This document shows, piece after piece, positions 51,685-63,422 of a stretch of 64,000 bases of DNA (the stretch's first letter is position 1; each line of letters starts with the position of its first letter). The position numbers and the translations under genes are program-made. The DNA is from a bacterium (GTDB lineage Bacteria > UBA8248): the NCBI GenBank assembly GCA_965213625.1, contig CBDBZU010000004.1, positions 800,001 to 864,000 on the forward strand, written 5' to 3'. The notes under the pieces were generated by a model. The model was not told where the DNA came from. It ran no database searches and saw only the letters and a list, made by a program, of their open reading frames with translations.

Positions 51685-52262
51685 TGCAAAGCCGGGGCCA
51701 CCTCTTCGTTCTCTCAGCGCCCTCGGGAGCGGGCAAATCCACACTCATCGACCGCTCGTGCCGGGAACTCCCCAACATCTGGCACTCGATAAGCGCGACG
51801 ACGCGGCCGAGACGCGAGTACGAGGAGGACGGGGTTCATTATTTTTTCATGGAACGCCCGCGGTTCGACGAGATGATCGCCAGAAACGAGTTTCTCGAAT
51901 GGGCGCATGTTTTCGAGGAATGCTACGGAACGCCCGCCGAGGCGGTGGACGCGCGTCTGGCCGGGGGAGACGACGTGATCATGGACCTGGACGTCCAGGG
52001 CGCCCTGCAGGTCAAGCGGAGACGAGCCGAGGCGAGCCTCGTATTCGTCATGCCGCCCTCGCTGGACGAGCTGTCCACGCGTCTCGAACAACGGGCGACT
52101 GAAACCGGCGAGGACGCCGAACTCCGGCTCTCGAGAGCCGAAGAGGAAATGGCGCAAAGCCACCAGTTCGACCACGTCATCATCAACGACGACCTGGAGG
52201 TCGCTTTTCAGGAACTAAAAAAAATTATTCTGAACCATCGCGGGGAGGTCGATTCCCCGTGA
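51681..52262 (+). CDS. gmk: guanylate kinase
   Basis: SAPSGAGKST, SATTRPRR.YE.DGVHY. Confidence 0.95.
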   Translation: MMQSRGHLFVLSAPSGAGKSTLIDRSCRELPNIWHSISATTRPRREYEEDGVHYFFMERPRFDEMIARNEFLEWAHVFEECYGTPAEAVDARLAGGDDVIMDLDVQGALQVKRRRAEASLVFVMPPSLDELSTRLEQRATETGEDAELRLSRAEEEMAQSHQFDHVIINDDLEVAFQELKKIILNHRGEVDSP

Positions 52263-53497
52263 GCGAACAGGCGCAGGCCCCCCTTGCCGGGAAGAAAACC
52301 GTCCTCGGCGTGTCGGGCGGTATCGCTGCGTATAAATCGATCGATCTGGCGCGGCTGCTCACCCTCGACGGGGCCGAAGTTCAGACGGTCCTGACGCAAA
52401 GCGCCGCCTCGTTCGTTCAGCCGCTGCCCTTCGAGGTGCTCACGGGGGTGACGCCCATCCAGCGGATGTTCCCCATTGAGGGGGGCGGGTCCACGGGCGA
52501 TATGCCGCACATCTCCCTGACGGAAGGCGCAGACCTCATCATCATCGCTCCTGCCACGGCGAACATCATCGGAAAGTTCGCGCAAGGGATAGGGGATGAT
52601 TTTCTCTCCACGCTGCTGCTCTCCGCCAGGCCGCCCGTGCTCATCGCCCCCGCCATGAACCCGCGCATGTTGGCGTCCCCCGCCGTACAGAAAAACGTAT
52701 CCACCCTGCGCGAGAGGGGCCACGTCGTCATGAAGCCGGGCGTGGGGCGCATGGCCCGCGCGGAGGAGGGCGTTGGCCGGGGACGCATGCCCGAGCCGGG
52801 GGAGATTCTTCTCGCAGCGCGCCGGATTCTTCTGCCTGCTCCCGACCTCGCCGGCATGAAGCTGGTGGTCACGGCGGGACCCACGCGGGAGAGATGGGAC
52901 GCCGTGCGTTTTCTCTCGAACCGATCGAGCGGAAAGATGGGCTTCGCCCTGGCGGGTGAAGCCGCCCGCCGCGGCGCGGACGCCGTTCTCGTGAGCGGCC
53001 CCGCGGCTCTCCCCGACCCGCCGGGCACGCGCGTCGTGCGCGTGGAATCGGCCGCCGAGATGTATGAGGCGGTGAAGAACGAATGGGTGGACGCTAATGC
53101 CCTCGTAATGGCCGCCGCCGTAGCGGACTATCGCCCGGCCGACCCCTCGGCCCGAAAACACAAGAAAGGGGACGGGCCTCTCGCGGTCGAACTCGAACGG
53201 ACGACGGACATACTCGCCGAACTCTCAGGCGATAAGGGAGAGAGAATCCTGGTCGGCTTCGCCGCTGAAACCGAAGAGGTATTAGAGCGCGCGAAGGGCA
53301 AGCTCAAGCGTAAGGGGCTCGACTTCATTGTTGCGAACAGGGTCTCGGGGGATGAGGACGCGATGGGCGCGGACGCCTCTCGCGCCTGGATAATCGACGA
53401 AAACGAAACCGAAACGCTCCCCGTGCTCGAAAAAGGGGTTCTGGCGGGCCGCATCCTCGACCGCCTCGCCAAAATGTGGCAAAACATAAGCACCTGA
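52259..53497 (+). CDS. coaBC: phosphopantothenoylcysteine decarboxylase/ligase
   Basis: GGIAAYK, APATAN, PAMN, TAGPTRE, SNRSSGKMG, GFAAET. Confidence 0.95.
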   Translation: MSEQAQAPLAGKKTVLGVSGGIAAYKSIDLARLLTLDGAEVQTVLTQSAASFVQPLPFEVLTGVTPIQRMFPIEGGGSTGDMPHISLTEGADLIIIAPATANIIGKFAQGIGDDFLSTLLLSARPPVLIAPAMNPRMLASPAVQKNVSTLRERGHVVMKPGVGRMARAEEGVGRGRMPEPGEILLAARRILLPAPDLAGMKLVVTAGPTRERWDAVRFLSNRSSGKMGFALAGEAARRGADAVLVSGPAALPDPPGTRVVRVESAAEMYEAVKNEWVDANALVMAAAVADYRPADPSARKHKKGDGPLAVELERTTDILAELSGDKGERILVGFAAETEEVLERAKGKLKRKGLDFIVANRVSGDEDAMGADASRAWIIDENETETLPVLEKGVLAGRILDRLAKMWQNIST

Positions 53498-53531
53498 ATC
53501 CTTATTCCTAAGCGCCCGCCGGTCCAAGACG

Positions 53532-54401
53532 ATGAACCGCGCAGAACTGGCCAGAGAAATACTCGGACACCTGAGAAGCCAACGCGCCGCAGGGGTCGGT
53601 TACGTTTGCCTGGGGAGGCCCCGGGAAGCGATACCCGAGGCGGCGCACCCCGTGACGACTCCGGTCTCACAAGCGCCTGCCCCCGAATCCGCGCCCAAAC
53701 CAGAGCAACATGCGCTGATTCCCCAGGCTGCGCCTGCGCCCGAACCCACCCTGGCCCCCATGGCGAAGCGCAGAGACCCTGGCCCCGAGCCGCCGCCCTT
53801 GCCATTCGACCCCGAGGCCGAGATTACGCTCGAGGGTCTCGAAGCCGCCGTGGACGGCTGTCTGCGGTGCAAGCTGGGGGCGGGCCGGACGAACCTCGTG
53901 TTCGGCGTGGGGAACCCGGCGGCGAACCTCGTCATCGTCGGCGAAGCGCCGGGGGCGAACGAGGACGCGGAAGGGATTCCCTTCGTGGGCCGGGCGGGCC
54001 AGATGCTGACCAAGATGATCGAAAACGTCATCGAAGTCCCGCGCCAGGAGGTCTACATCTGCAACATCCTGAAGTGCCGCCCGCCGGGCAACCGCAACCC
54101 CGAGCCGGACGAAATCGATTGCTGCGAGCCTTACCTTCACAAACAACTCGGCATCATCCAGCCAAGACTCATTCTGGCTTTGGGGAAATTCGCCGCGCAG
54201 TGGCTGCTCCAGACGAAGACGCCCATCGGCAGGCTGCGGGGGAAGTTCGGGCGCTACCAGGGAATACCCTGCCTCTCGACGTATCACCCCGCGTATCTAT
54301 TGAGAAACCCGCGCGACAAGAAGCTGGTGCTCGACGACCTGCTCAAGGTGAAGGCCGTCTATCACGGAGAGACGGAGGCCGAGATAGAGCTGTTTCGCTA
54401 G
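53532..54401 (+). CDS. family-4 uracil-DNA glycosylase
   Basis: C..C.L, GEAPG, KCRPPGNR, TYHPAYLLR. Confidence 0.93.
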   Translation: MNRAELAREILGHLRSQRAAGVGYVCLGRPREAIPEAAHPVTTPVSQAPAPESAPKPEQHALIPQAAPAPEPTLAPMAKRRDPGPEPPPLPFDPEAEITLEGLEAAVDGCLRCKLGAGRTNLVFGVGNPAANLVIVGEAPGANEDAEGIPFVGRAGQMLTKMIENVIEVPRQEVYICNILKCRPPGNRNPEPDEIDCCEPYLHKQLGIIQPRLILALGKFAAQWLLQTKTPIGRLRGKFGRYQGIPCLSTYHPAYLLRNPRDKKLVLDDLLKVKAVYHGETEAEIELFR

Positions 54402-54556
54402 TCGGGAGTTGTTGAAATGCTCCTATTTAGGGGGTAAAGGCGATACCCCTCGACGTGGGGGTGGAAGATAAGCCCCCCCTGACAGAGTCTGTTGAAAAAG
54501 TCCCATGGTGTGATTTTGGTTGCGGACACGATTTTCTAGTTCATTCCCCCCTTGAG

Positions 54557-56076
54557 GGGTCTGTTGAAAAACCCGGTGTTGGAAGCGGGCGTTTTGGCGG
54601 CTCACGCGGCGGCGGGGAGGCAGCCCAATCGGCGCGTGAGGGCGCCATGTGCGCGCAGCCGGCGTCTCCGGGCGGCACAGGCCGTCCACAAGGCGAATAT
54701 ACGCGCCGCAAAAGCGGCGGCCAGCCGCTTGAGGTTCACCGCTATCGCCGTCAGGTAGGACTGGATCCGCATGTTCGCAAGGCCCCGGCGCACCGCCCGC
54801 CCCAGTCCGTGCCGGCTCTTCGCCTCGCCGTGGTAGCCCTCCGAGCGCCAACGGTGGCGGCCATAGAGACGCTTCTCCTCCTCCCCCCAGCGCGCATGCC
54901 ACCGACGCGCGCGCAACAGCGCCGGATACGCGTGCGGAATCAACACCGTCCTGCTCGTGCGCGACTTCGACAGACAATCGGGCCTGAGCGCGCAGCCCGC
55001 GCAATCCCGCGTCTTCGATACATAGGAGCGCCCCCGCTCCGTCGCCTGCCGGGGGCGCAGCGTCTTGCCTCCCGGACACTTCACCACCTCGTTGCGCGCG
55101 TCGTAGTGGAACAACTGCAGCGGAACACGGCTCTGGCTGGGTTCCTTCTTCGCTGGTATCAGCGCTTCCACGCCCCGCCGCTCCAATTCGCCATAAACCT
55201 TCGAGTACGCGTACCCCGAATCCGCCGTCACCATCTCCGGCGTGCGGCCCGACAACTCGCTTACCGCCTCTATATGGGACGCCATCATCTCACGCTCGTT
55301 CCGCGTCCCCTCCGTCACCGACACGTCGAGAACAACACCCCGCTCATCGTCCACCGCCGCGTGCTGCTTGTAGCTCGGCTCGAACCCCGCCCGCGCGCTC
55401 TTGCGCGCAAGCCGCGCGTCCGGGTCCGTCCGGCTCACCGGACCCCCGCCACCGCGGCCTCCTCCCTTCTTCCCGACCTCATCATCGACGGGATTCTCCT
55501 GAATCACCTTCTCCGCGTGGTGCGCCGCCAGGCTCTCCCAGCTCACGTCCGCGCGTATCAACGAGGCGTCCACGTGCACCACTTCCCCCTTCGCCACATT
55601 CGCCTCCAGGCAAGCCTGCACCGTGCGACGGAATATCTCCTTGAACCGTGCCTCCCCCCAGCGCTGACGTATCCGCGTCAGGCTCGAATGATGCGGCAAC
55701 TCCTCGTGCAGCCCGTACCCGATGAACCACCGGATCGCCAGGTGCGCACGCGCCTCGCGAAGCAGGCGACGGTCGTGAACGTAGCCCAGCAACATACCCG
55801 CCAGCATCAAGCGGAGCGCCACCTCCGGGTCGATCCCCGGACGACCGTTATCCGCGCAATAGCAATCCGCCACCTCCTCCCGTAGCCAGCTCAAATCCAG
55901 TACGTGGTCCACGCGCATCAGGACGTGATCCTCGGGGATCAGCCGTTCCAGCGAACCGGCCACGAACAAATCCATCTGCTCGCGCCTCTTGCTGCCTATC
56001 ATCGAGGGAACTCCCATCTCGGGCGAGATAGTGTCATTACACCCAATCACAATGCCGGGGCTTTTTCAACAGCCCC
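54557..56076 (-). mobile_element. IS1182-family insertion sequence, copy 4
   Basis: Same TIRs; flanks TTGAG and T+TTGAG. Confidence 0.9.
54602..56050 (-). CDS. IS1182-family DDE transposase
   Basis: 482 aa; differs from copy 3 by an R to W change (RRWH). Confidence 0.9.
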   Translation of the reverse strand: MIGCNDTISPEMGVPSMIGSKRREQMDLFVAGSLERLIPEDHVLMRVDHVLDLSWLREEVADCYCADNGRPGIDPEVALRLMLAGMLLGYVHDRRLLREARAHLAIRWFIGYGLHEELPHHSSLTRIRQRWGEARFKEIFRRTVQACLEANVAKGEVVHVDASLIRADVSWESLAAHHAEKVIQENPVDDEVGKKGGGRGGGGPVSRTDPDARLARKSARAGFEPSYKQHAAVDDERGVVLDVSVTEGTRNEREMMASHIEAVSELSGRTPEMVTADSGYAYSKVYGELERRGVEALIPAKKEPSQSRVPLQLFHYDARNEVVKCPGGKTLRPRQATERGRSYVSKTRDCAGCALRPDCLSKSRTSRTVLIPHAYPALLRARRWHARWGEEEKRLYGRHRWRSEGYHGEAKSRHGLGRAVRRGLANMRIQSYLTAIAVNLKRLAAAFAARIFALWTACAARRRRLRAHGALTRRLGCLPAAA

Positions 56077-56342
56077 TTTGAGGGGGAGTCGGCAAGACGA
56101 GGGCGAAGCCCGAAGTCGCGCCGGTGGGGGGGTATGAGTCGGAGTAGCGATAAAACGCGATTCACCCCCCACCGAGTCAGCCTTCACCTGTCGGTTCGGC
56201 TTCCTCGACTCCCCCTCAAGGGGGGAGTGATTTCTTTTCAACGAGGGTATTTTCAAGGCAGCTAATCTGTAGGATTTTTTCAACAACCCCGCATGCGACC
56301 CCTACAACAAGAACGGCTCTCTACGAGACGGTACGTTTTGTT

Positions 56343-56479
56343 CGTCATTCCGGCGAAAGCCGGAATCCATTTACAGGTGCGGGAGAATAAACGACGGCGT
56401 TTCAATCCCCACCGATGCGCGGGAACCCTGATATAAAGCAAAAGGCGTAAAATGGATTCCGGCTTTCGCCGGAATGACG
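56343..56479. repeat. GTCATTCCGGC-type REP doublet
   Basis: CGTCATTCCGGCGAAAGCCGGAATCC ... GGATTCCGGCTTTCGCCGGAATGACG; single-palindrome forms at 37525-37552 and 58346-58373. Confidence 0.75.
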
Positions 56480-56533
56480 GTGGAACATTCTCAGCGGAGG
56501 GTAACAACCCTTTCAGGCGAGGATTGCGGAGAT

Positions 56534-57945
<1,412 letters not shown>

Positions 57946-58144
57946 TTTTTCATACAGCCAGACTTTTCAGGAAAATCCACTGCAACTGATCGGAAAACTT
58001 GTTCTAAATCACAATCCCTCCCTCATTGGGATTGTTGAAAAAGCCCATATGCGGTCCCTGCACCGAACCATGTCCTCTCTCATTAGTCATGTCCTCGCAT
58101 GGGAAAACGTGGTTTTCTCAAACACGCGCCGTGCAACCCCAAAC

Positions 58145-58279
58145 CCTCATCCTGAGTAGACGCGCAAGCGCCGTATCGAAGGATGGGAGACGCAATCGCT
58201 CGTTCATCAGTCGCGTTTGACCCCGGCAGGCGAGAACTTCGCCCTTCGATACGCGGCTTCGCCGCTACTCAGGGTGAGG
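58145..58279. repeat. inverted doublet repeat, same family as 44463-44603
   Basis: CCTCATCCTGAGTAG...CGTATCGAAGG / CCTTCGATACG...CTACTCAGGGTGAGG; TIR-like GGGATTGTTGAAAAAGCCC at 58028. Confidence 0.7.
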
Positions 58280-58620
58280 CGGAGTGGCGGGTAGCTCAGG
58301 AGGTCGGACGGACTGCGCGGGAAAAAGAGGGAAAGCGGTTTTGTTCGTCATTCCGGCGAAAGTCGGAATGACGGGGAGTAATATCGATTGAAGGGGAGGG
58401 AATTCCTCGTTAGGACAGGCACGGGGGCCTGTCCCTACGTTTAACAAACCCGAAGGATGTGATTCACTCCCCCTCAAGGAGGAGCTGTTACGTTACGCGT
58501 CTCAAGGGGAATATTGCTTACTGAGGATTGGAGAAAAGTAGACTCTATTCGTAGCGCGCGACCCGCCTAATCTGTGTTCCCGCCGCTTTCGCATGTCGAC
58601 TTATACGCGCCATTCCCTCC

Positions 58621-60102
58621 TCACTTATCCTTGCGCCTCGCCCTTCTGCCGGGCATGGCGGGGTCGGAGGGGCGGCGGTCGTCCATGGACTTCTCGTCCG
58701 GCACGTTCAGGCGTTCGCCGAGGCGCTCGTTCAGTTTCTCCTCGCGCATGGCCAGCCTCTTCTGGACCTCCGCCTCGAATCCCCGGGAGGTGGGATGGTA
58801 AAACCGCGTTCCCTGCAATCCCTCGGGCATGCCCTCCATCTCCACGACCGCGTCGTCAAACTCGTGTGCGTGCTTGTAGCCCTCGCCGTAGCCGAGATCT
58901 CGCATGAGGCCTGTGGGCGCGTTCCTCAGGTGATGGGGGACGGGCGCGGCGTCCTGCTCGCGCACGGCGCGCTCGGCGGCCCCGAAGCCCCGGTAGACTG
59001 CGTCGCTCTTTGGGGCCTGGGCGAGATAGATCACCGCCTGGGCGATGGCGAGCTTCCCCTCGGGCAGCCCGATGAAATGAAACGCGCCCTGGGCGGCAGT
59101 CGCCACGGCGAGCGCATTCGGGTCCGCCATGCCGACGTCTTCGGAGGCGAAGCGCACGAGACGCCGCAAGATGAACATGGGGTCTTCGCCCCCCTCGAGC
59201 ATGCGTGCGAGCCAGTAGAGGGCGGCGTCGGGATCGGAAGCCCGCAAAGTCTTGTGAAGAGCCGAGATGAGGTTGTAGTGCTCCTCGCCCGCCTTATCGT
59301 AGAGAAGCGTCTTGCGCTGGGCGGCCTCGCCCACGAGCCGGGCGTCGACCCGGCGGTTCTCACCGGCCAAAGCGGCGGCGGCTTCCAGGATGTTCAAGGC
59401 CGAGCGCGCGTCCCCGCTGCTCAAGACCGCGACGCGTCGAAGCGCGTCATCATCGGCGTCCAGTTTCAAGGCTCCCAAGCCCCGCTCGGCATCCTCCAGG
59501 GCGCGGCGGAGAAGCGCTACGACGTGCTCTTCCTTCAATCCTTCGAGCACGAACACGCGCGCGCGCGACAGCAGGGGCGCGATGACCTCGAAGGAGGGAT
59601 TTTCCGTGGTAGCGCCGATGAGGGTGAGCACGCCGTTTTCCACATGCGGGAGGAGGCCATCCTGCTGGGCCTTGTTGAAGCGGTGTATCTCGTCGATGAA
59701 CAGGATCGTGCGGACGCTCCTGCGCTGCATGCGCTTCGCCTCGTCCACGGCGGCGCGCAATTCCTTCACCCCGTGAAGCACCGCGCTCAGCGTGATGAAG
59801 TGCGCGTTCGTCTTGTTCGCGATGATGCGCGCGAGCGTCGTCTTCCCCGTGCCGGGCGGCCCCCAGAAAATGAGCGGGCGCAAGGAATCTTCTTCCACCG
59901 CGCGCCTCAATACGCGGCCCGGGCCGATCAGGTGATCCTGGCCCAGGACCTCATCGAGCGTGCGGGGCCGCATGCGCTCGGCCAAAGGCGCCCCCGGGTC
60001 GACCCGGGGTTCCCGCGCTCCGCCCGCGCCGCTTTCGTCGTCTCCGGTCGGGTCGAACAGGCTTCTCTCCAAGGCGCGCTCCTTTTTCAGAGATAGTCCC
60101 AT
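58621..60102 (-). CDS. rarA: replication-associated recombination protein A
   Basis: PLAERMRP, WGPPGTGKTT, DEIHRFNKAQQD, GATTENPSF, ASEDVG. Confidence 0.95.
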   Translation of the reverse strand: MGLSLKKERALERSLFDPTGDDESGAGGAREPRVDPGAPLAERMRPRTLDEVLGQDHLIGPGRVLRRAVEEDSLRPLIFWGPPGTGKTTLARIIANKTNAHFITLSAVLHGVKELRAAVDEAKRMQRRSVRTILFIDEIHRFNKAQQDGLLPHVENGVLTLIGATTENPSFEVIAPLLSRARVFVLEGLKEEHVVALLRRALEDAERGLGALKLDADDDALRRVAVLSSGDARSALNILEAAAALAGENRRVDARLVGEAAQRKTLLYDKAGEEHYNLISALHKTLRASDPDAALYWLARMLEGGEDPMFILRRLVRFASEDVGMADPNALAVATAAQGAFHFIGLPEGKLAIAQAVIYLAQAPKSDAVYRGFGAAERAVREQDAAPVPHHLRNAPTGLMRDLGYGEGYKHAHEFDDAVVEMEGMPEGLQGTRFYHPTSRGFEAEVQKRLAMREEKLNERLGERLNVPDEKSMDDRRPSDPAMPGRRARRKDK

Positions 60103-60750
60103 TGTAGCACCCGTTTTTCACTTTCCTGAAACTTATTTTCGCTCGGGACGAAAAGAAGATGCGCCTTTCACGTGTTACTTGCCGAATCTGCGACGCAGGC
60201 GCGCCACCTCATCGCTCGGGAACCCCTTTTTCCAAACCGAGGAGCGGACGCGCATTTGCCCGCATTTTCCGTGCTCCATGAATTCATTGAGTCCGGTATG
60301 ATGCGCCACCCGAGGCATAGCGCAAATCCTCACTCTCCGGTCGGTAATCAGCTACTTCATCCGTTGCTTCAATCGCTCCCGCATCGGTCTCGTTTGAGCC
60401 GCGGAACCGCTGAATCGGGACGGGCCGGAATTTCTGAAAAATTCGATAAATATAGATAAATTCACGGGGTTTATCCGTAAATTTCAGGCAATTTATTTGT
60501 TGGGAAATGACGCCGACGGGTCGCAGCGCAGGGGAATTCTGCCATGGCCCGCGCATCTCAAGATAACGGCAAATGCGCGGAGTTGCGGGGGCGCAATCCC
60601 GGGCATTCGCCTCGGCGGCGAGGCGCAACAGTGAGCATTCCGGTGAGCGCGGCTCATGGGCGGTGGGCGAGACGGGGCCGACAGCCGGCCGCGGCACGCA
60701 GGGAGGTATCCCCGTAAGACGCTGATAACATTGGTGCTTTGGCGATGAAG

Positions 60751-61137
60751 CTATTCGGGCCGCAGGAGGCTCCTGGCGCGGTCGCCGTCTGGCGTCACGG
60801 CGAGCACCTCGAGGCTCGGCCGCGCCGGGCTCCTCGTGAGAAGGAGCTCAACGGCCTCGTCGAGCGCCATGATCTCGTGCACCTCGCCGGGGCGGAACTG
60901 CACCAGATCCCCAGGCGCAGCCTCAAAAACCTCTCCTTCTACGGCGATGCGCAGCCCGCCCTTCAGGAGATAGAGGAACTGCTCGTCATGGTGATAGTGC
61001 GGGTTGGAATGGCCCCCGGCCTCCATGCGGAAATAGCCGATGGTGGTGTGGTCGCCATCGACCCAGGCGGCGTCTGCGGTGACGTAGTCGGCGGCCTTCC
61101 CCTGGTTCTGCGCGGCGAGATTTCTGTAAATCGGCAT
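60751..61137 (-). CDS. cupin domain protein
   Basis: PHYHHDEQ.LY.LKG, GD....PGEVH; AGGAG RBS. Confidence 0.85.
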   Translation of the reverse strand: MPIYRNLAAQNQGKAADYVTADAAWVDGDHTTIGYFRMEAGGHSNPHYHHDEQFLYLLKGGLRIAVEGEVFEAAPGDLVQFRPGEVHEIMALDEAVELLLTRSPARPSLEVLAVTPDGDRARSLLRPE

Positions 61138-61288
61138 GGAATAAGCTCCTGTTAATAAGGTGTTTACGATAGTTGACGCTTCGGGGGTATTCTAACGGCA
61201 TAGACTCGCATTCTGTCCAGCGCCCATGTATATTTGTGCGGCAAAACAGGCGTATCCCTCACTTCAGAAAGTAGTTCGGAGGCATTTC

Positions 61289-62323
61289 GTGAGCGCATCT
61301 CCGGTGGATGAATTCGAGTATTTCTTCGATAAAGCCTGGTCGGACGGCCTGCCGGTCATCCCCCCGACGGAAGAGCGCATGGGCCTCATGCTGGCGGGGA
61401 CGGGCCGCGACCCGGATGAAGTCATCGGCGATGTGCCCCCATTGCTGGCGCAGGCTGACGTTCGGACCATCGCAGTTCATGCCGTCATGGCCGGATGCAA
61501 ACCGGCGTATATGCCCGTCCTCATCGGAGCCGTGGAAGCCATTCTGGAGGAAAAATTCAACGTGGGCGGCGTGCAGGCGACGCTCTCCTGCGCGGCTCCC
61601 CTGCTGATCGTGAACGGCCCTTACGCCAGGGATATCGGCCTGCACGGCGGGCTGGGCTGCTTCGGCCCCGGAAACAGGGCGAACGCGACGATTGGCCGCG
61701 CCATCAGGCTACTGCTCCTCAACATAGGCGGCGGAATTCCGGGCATCACCTCGATGAGCACGTTCTCGCAACCGGGCAGGTTCACGTATTGCATCGCCGA
61801 GAATGAAGCGGAAAGCCCCTGGGAGTCTCACGCTCAGACGAATGGTTTCGATGCGCAGGACAACGTCGTCACGGCCGTGCATGTGGAAGGCCCCGTCATG
61901 TCCTGGGATGACGTGAGCGACGACCCGGAATGCATGTTGCCCTCCATCGCGGACACCATGTCGCATCTGGGTTCGTGGAACTGCTGGGCCAGCACCGATT
62001 TGGTGGTGGCGATGAGCCCGCAGCAGGCCGCGATTTGCGCAAAGAGGGGGTATTCAAAGGCGGATGTCCATGGGCGTCTTTGCGAAATCGCAGGCCGTAC
62101 GGTGGGCGAACTCAAAACGGGCGGGCATTTCCGGGAAAATCGCATCAGGGATTTTCCGATCCCCGTCGATCTGGATGATGACGATGCGTTCGTTCCGACG
62201 ATTAAAGAGGCCCGGAGACTGCTCTTGATCGTGGCGGGCGGAATTCCGGGGCCGATGACGGCCGTGATGCATGGCTGGAACGGCAGTAGCCGCTCGGTTT
62301 CCCGCGCATTTCAATCGTCATGA
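61289..62323 (+). CDS. uncharacterised 'WSDGLP' family protein, paralog 1
   Basis: WSDGLPVIPPT, HAVMAGC, IVNGP, GCFGPG.RANATIGRA; GTG start after GGAGG. Confidence 0.75.
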   Translation: MSASPVDEFEYFFDKAWSDGLPVIPPTEERMGLMLAGTGRDPDEVIGDVPPLLAQADVRTIAVHAVMAGCKPAYMPVLIGAVEAILEEKFNVGGVQATLSCAAPLLIVNGPYARDIGLHGGLGCFGPGNRANATIGRAIRLLLLNIGGGIPGITSMSTFSQPGRFTYCIAENEAESPWESHAQTNGFDAQDNVVTAVHVEGPVMSWDDVSDDPECMLPSIADTMSHLGSWNCWASTDLVVAMSPQQAAICAKRGYSKADVHGRLCEIAGRTVGELKTGGHFRENRIRDFPIPVDLDDDDAFVPTIKEARRLLLIVAGGIPGPMTAVMHGWNGSSRSVSRAFQSS

Positions 62324-62346
62324 TATCCACTTCTTTCAATGGGTGA

Positions 62347-63381
62347 ATGGCTTTGAGTGAACTTCAGGATGAATTCGAGTTTTTCCTCGAGAAACCCTGG
62401 TCGGACGGATTGCCCGTCGTCACCCCGACCGAAGAACGCATCGAGCGTATGCTCTCGGGCACGAAGAAAAGTCCGACTGAATTCATAGGCCTGGTACCTC
62501 CCGCCATGGGTGAGGCAACGGTCCATAACGTGGCGGTTCATGCGGTTATGGCCGGCTGTAAACCCGAGTACCTGCCGGTCGTTCTCGGCGCCACTTCGCT
62601 TATGCTTCGCGATGAATTCAACACGAACGGCGTGCAGGGCACGATGCACGGCGTGGCGCCCCTCATGATTGTAAACGGCCCCTATTCCGAGCAAATCGGG
62701 GTTCACGGAGGAAATGGCTGCTTTGGCCCCGGATTCAGGTCCAACGCTTCCATTGGCCGTGCCATTCGCCTGATTTTAATGAACCTCGGCGGGGGTATTC
62801 CGGGTGTTTCTTCGATGACGATTTTCGGCACGCCGCTGCGCTATACCGCGTGCGTAACGGAGAACCTTCAGTTTCATCCCTGGGAGACGCTCGCTGAATC
62901 CAGAGGATACGGATCGGATGAAAATGTAATCACCATGGCCATGGTGGAAAGCCCGCGCCTGACCTTCGATGACGTCAGCGAGGAGCCCGAGCGCCTGCTC
63001 CGGGGAATCGCCGATGCGATGACGGGCCTGGGCTCCTGGAACATGCACGCTCCCAGGACCGATATGGTTGTCGCCATGAATCCCCAGCATGCGAAAATTT
63101 GCTCCGAGGGCGGCCTCACGCGGGCGGACGTGCATCGGCGATTGTGTGAGCTGGCCGGCCACAAAGTGAAGGAGTTGAAAGGAGGCGGCAACTGGCGTCG
63201 CGAGCGCGCGCTGGATATGTATATTCATGTGGACCCCGATGATGATGAGTTTTTTGTTCCCGTCATCAAGGACCCCCGTGATCTGCATTTGATTGTCGCG
63301 GGCGGCTGGGGTTCGGGCAGCGCGGTATGCCATGGGTGGAGCGGCGGCAGCCGGGCCGTTCATGGGGCCTATGAGGTTTAG
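62347..63381 (+). CDS. uncharacterised 'WSDGLP' family protein, paralog 2
   Basis: Same motifs over the full length as paralog 1. Confidence 0.75.
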   Translation: MALSELQDEFEFFLEKPWSDGLPVVTPTEERIERMLSGTKKSPTEFIGLVPPAMGEATVHNVAVHAVMAGCKPEYLPVVLGATSLMLRDEFNTNGVQGTMHGVAPLMIVNGPYSEQIGVHGGNGCFGPGFRSNASIGRAIRLILMNLGGGIPGVSSMTIFGTPLRYTACVTENLQFHPWETLAESRGYGSDENVITMAMVESPRLTFDDVSEEPERLLRGIADAMTGLGSWNMHAPRTDMVVAMNPQHAKICSEGGLTRADVHRRLCELAGHKVKELKGGGNWRRERALDMYIHVDPDDDEFFVPVIKDPRDLHLIVAGGWGSGSAVCHGWSGGSRAVHGAYEV

Positions 63382-63422
63382 CGCCGGAATCTCCACGACA
63401 GTCAGAGTGGTAACAGATCCCT

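Larger units (their letters stand above)
54485..56260. mobile_element. MITE-like element (family B, inverted) enclosing a REP doublet (54543-56228) and IS copy 4
   Basis: Ends GAGTCTGTTGAAAAAGTCCC and GGGTATTTTCAAGGCAG match those of 31171-32966; a further TIR-like pair at 54404 and 56290 lies outside. Confidence 0.6.

Noticed and set aside
60103-60750. 650-bp gap between rarA and the cupin gene as an ncRNA or gene
   Set aside because: No recognisable RNA motif, repeat-family match or convincing ORF; an Rfam scan would be needed
61289-63381. Selenocysteine recoding in the tandem paralogs
   Set aside because: No internal in-frame TGA; the TGA ending paralog 1 falls close to where paralog 2 ends
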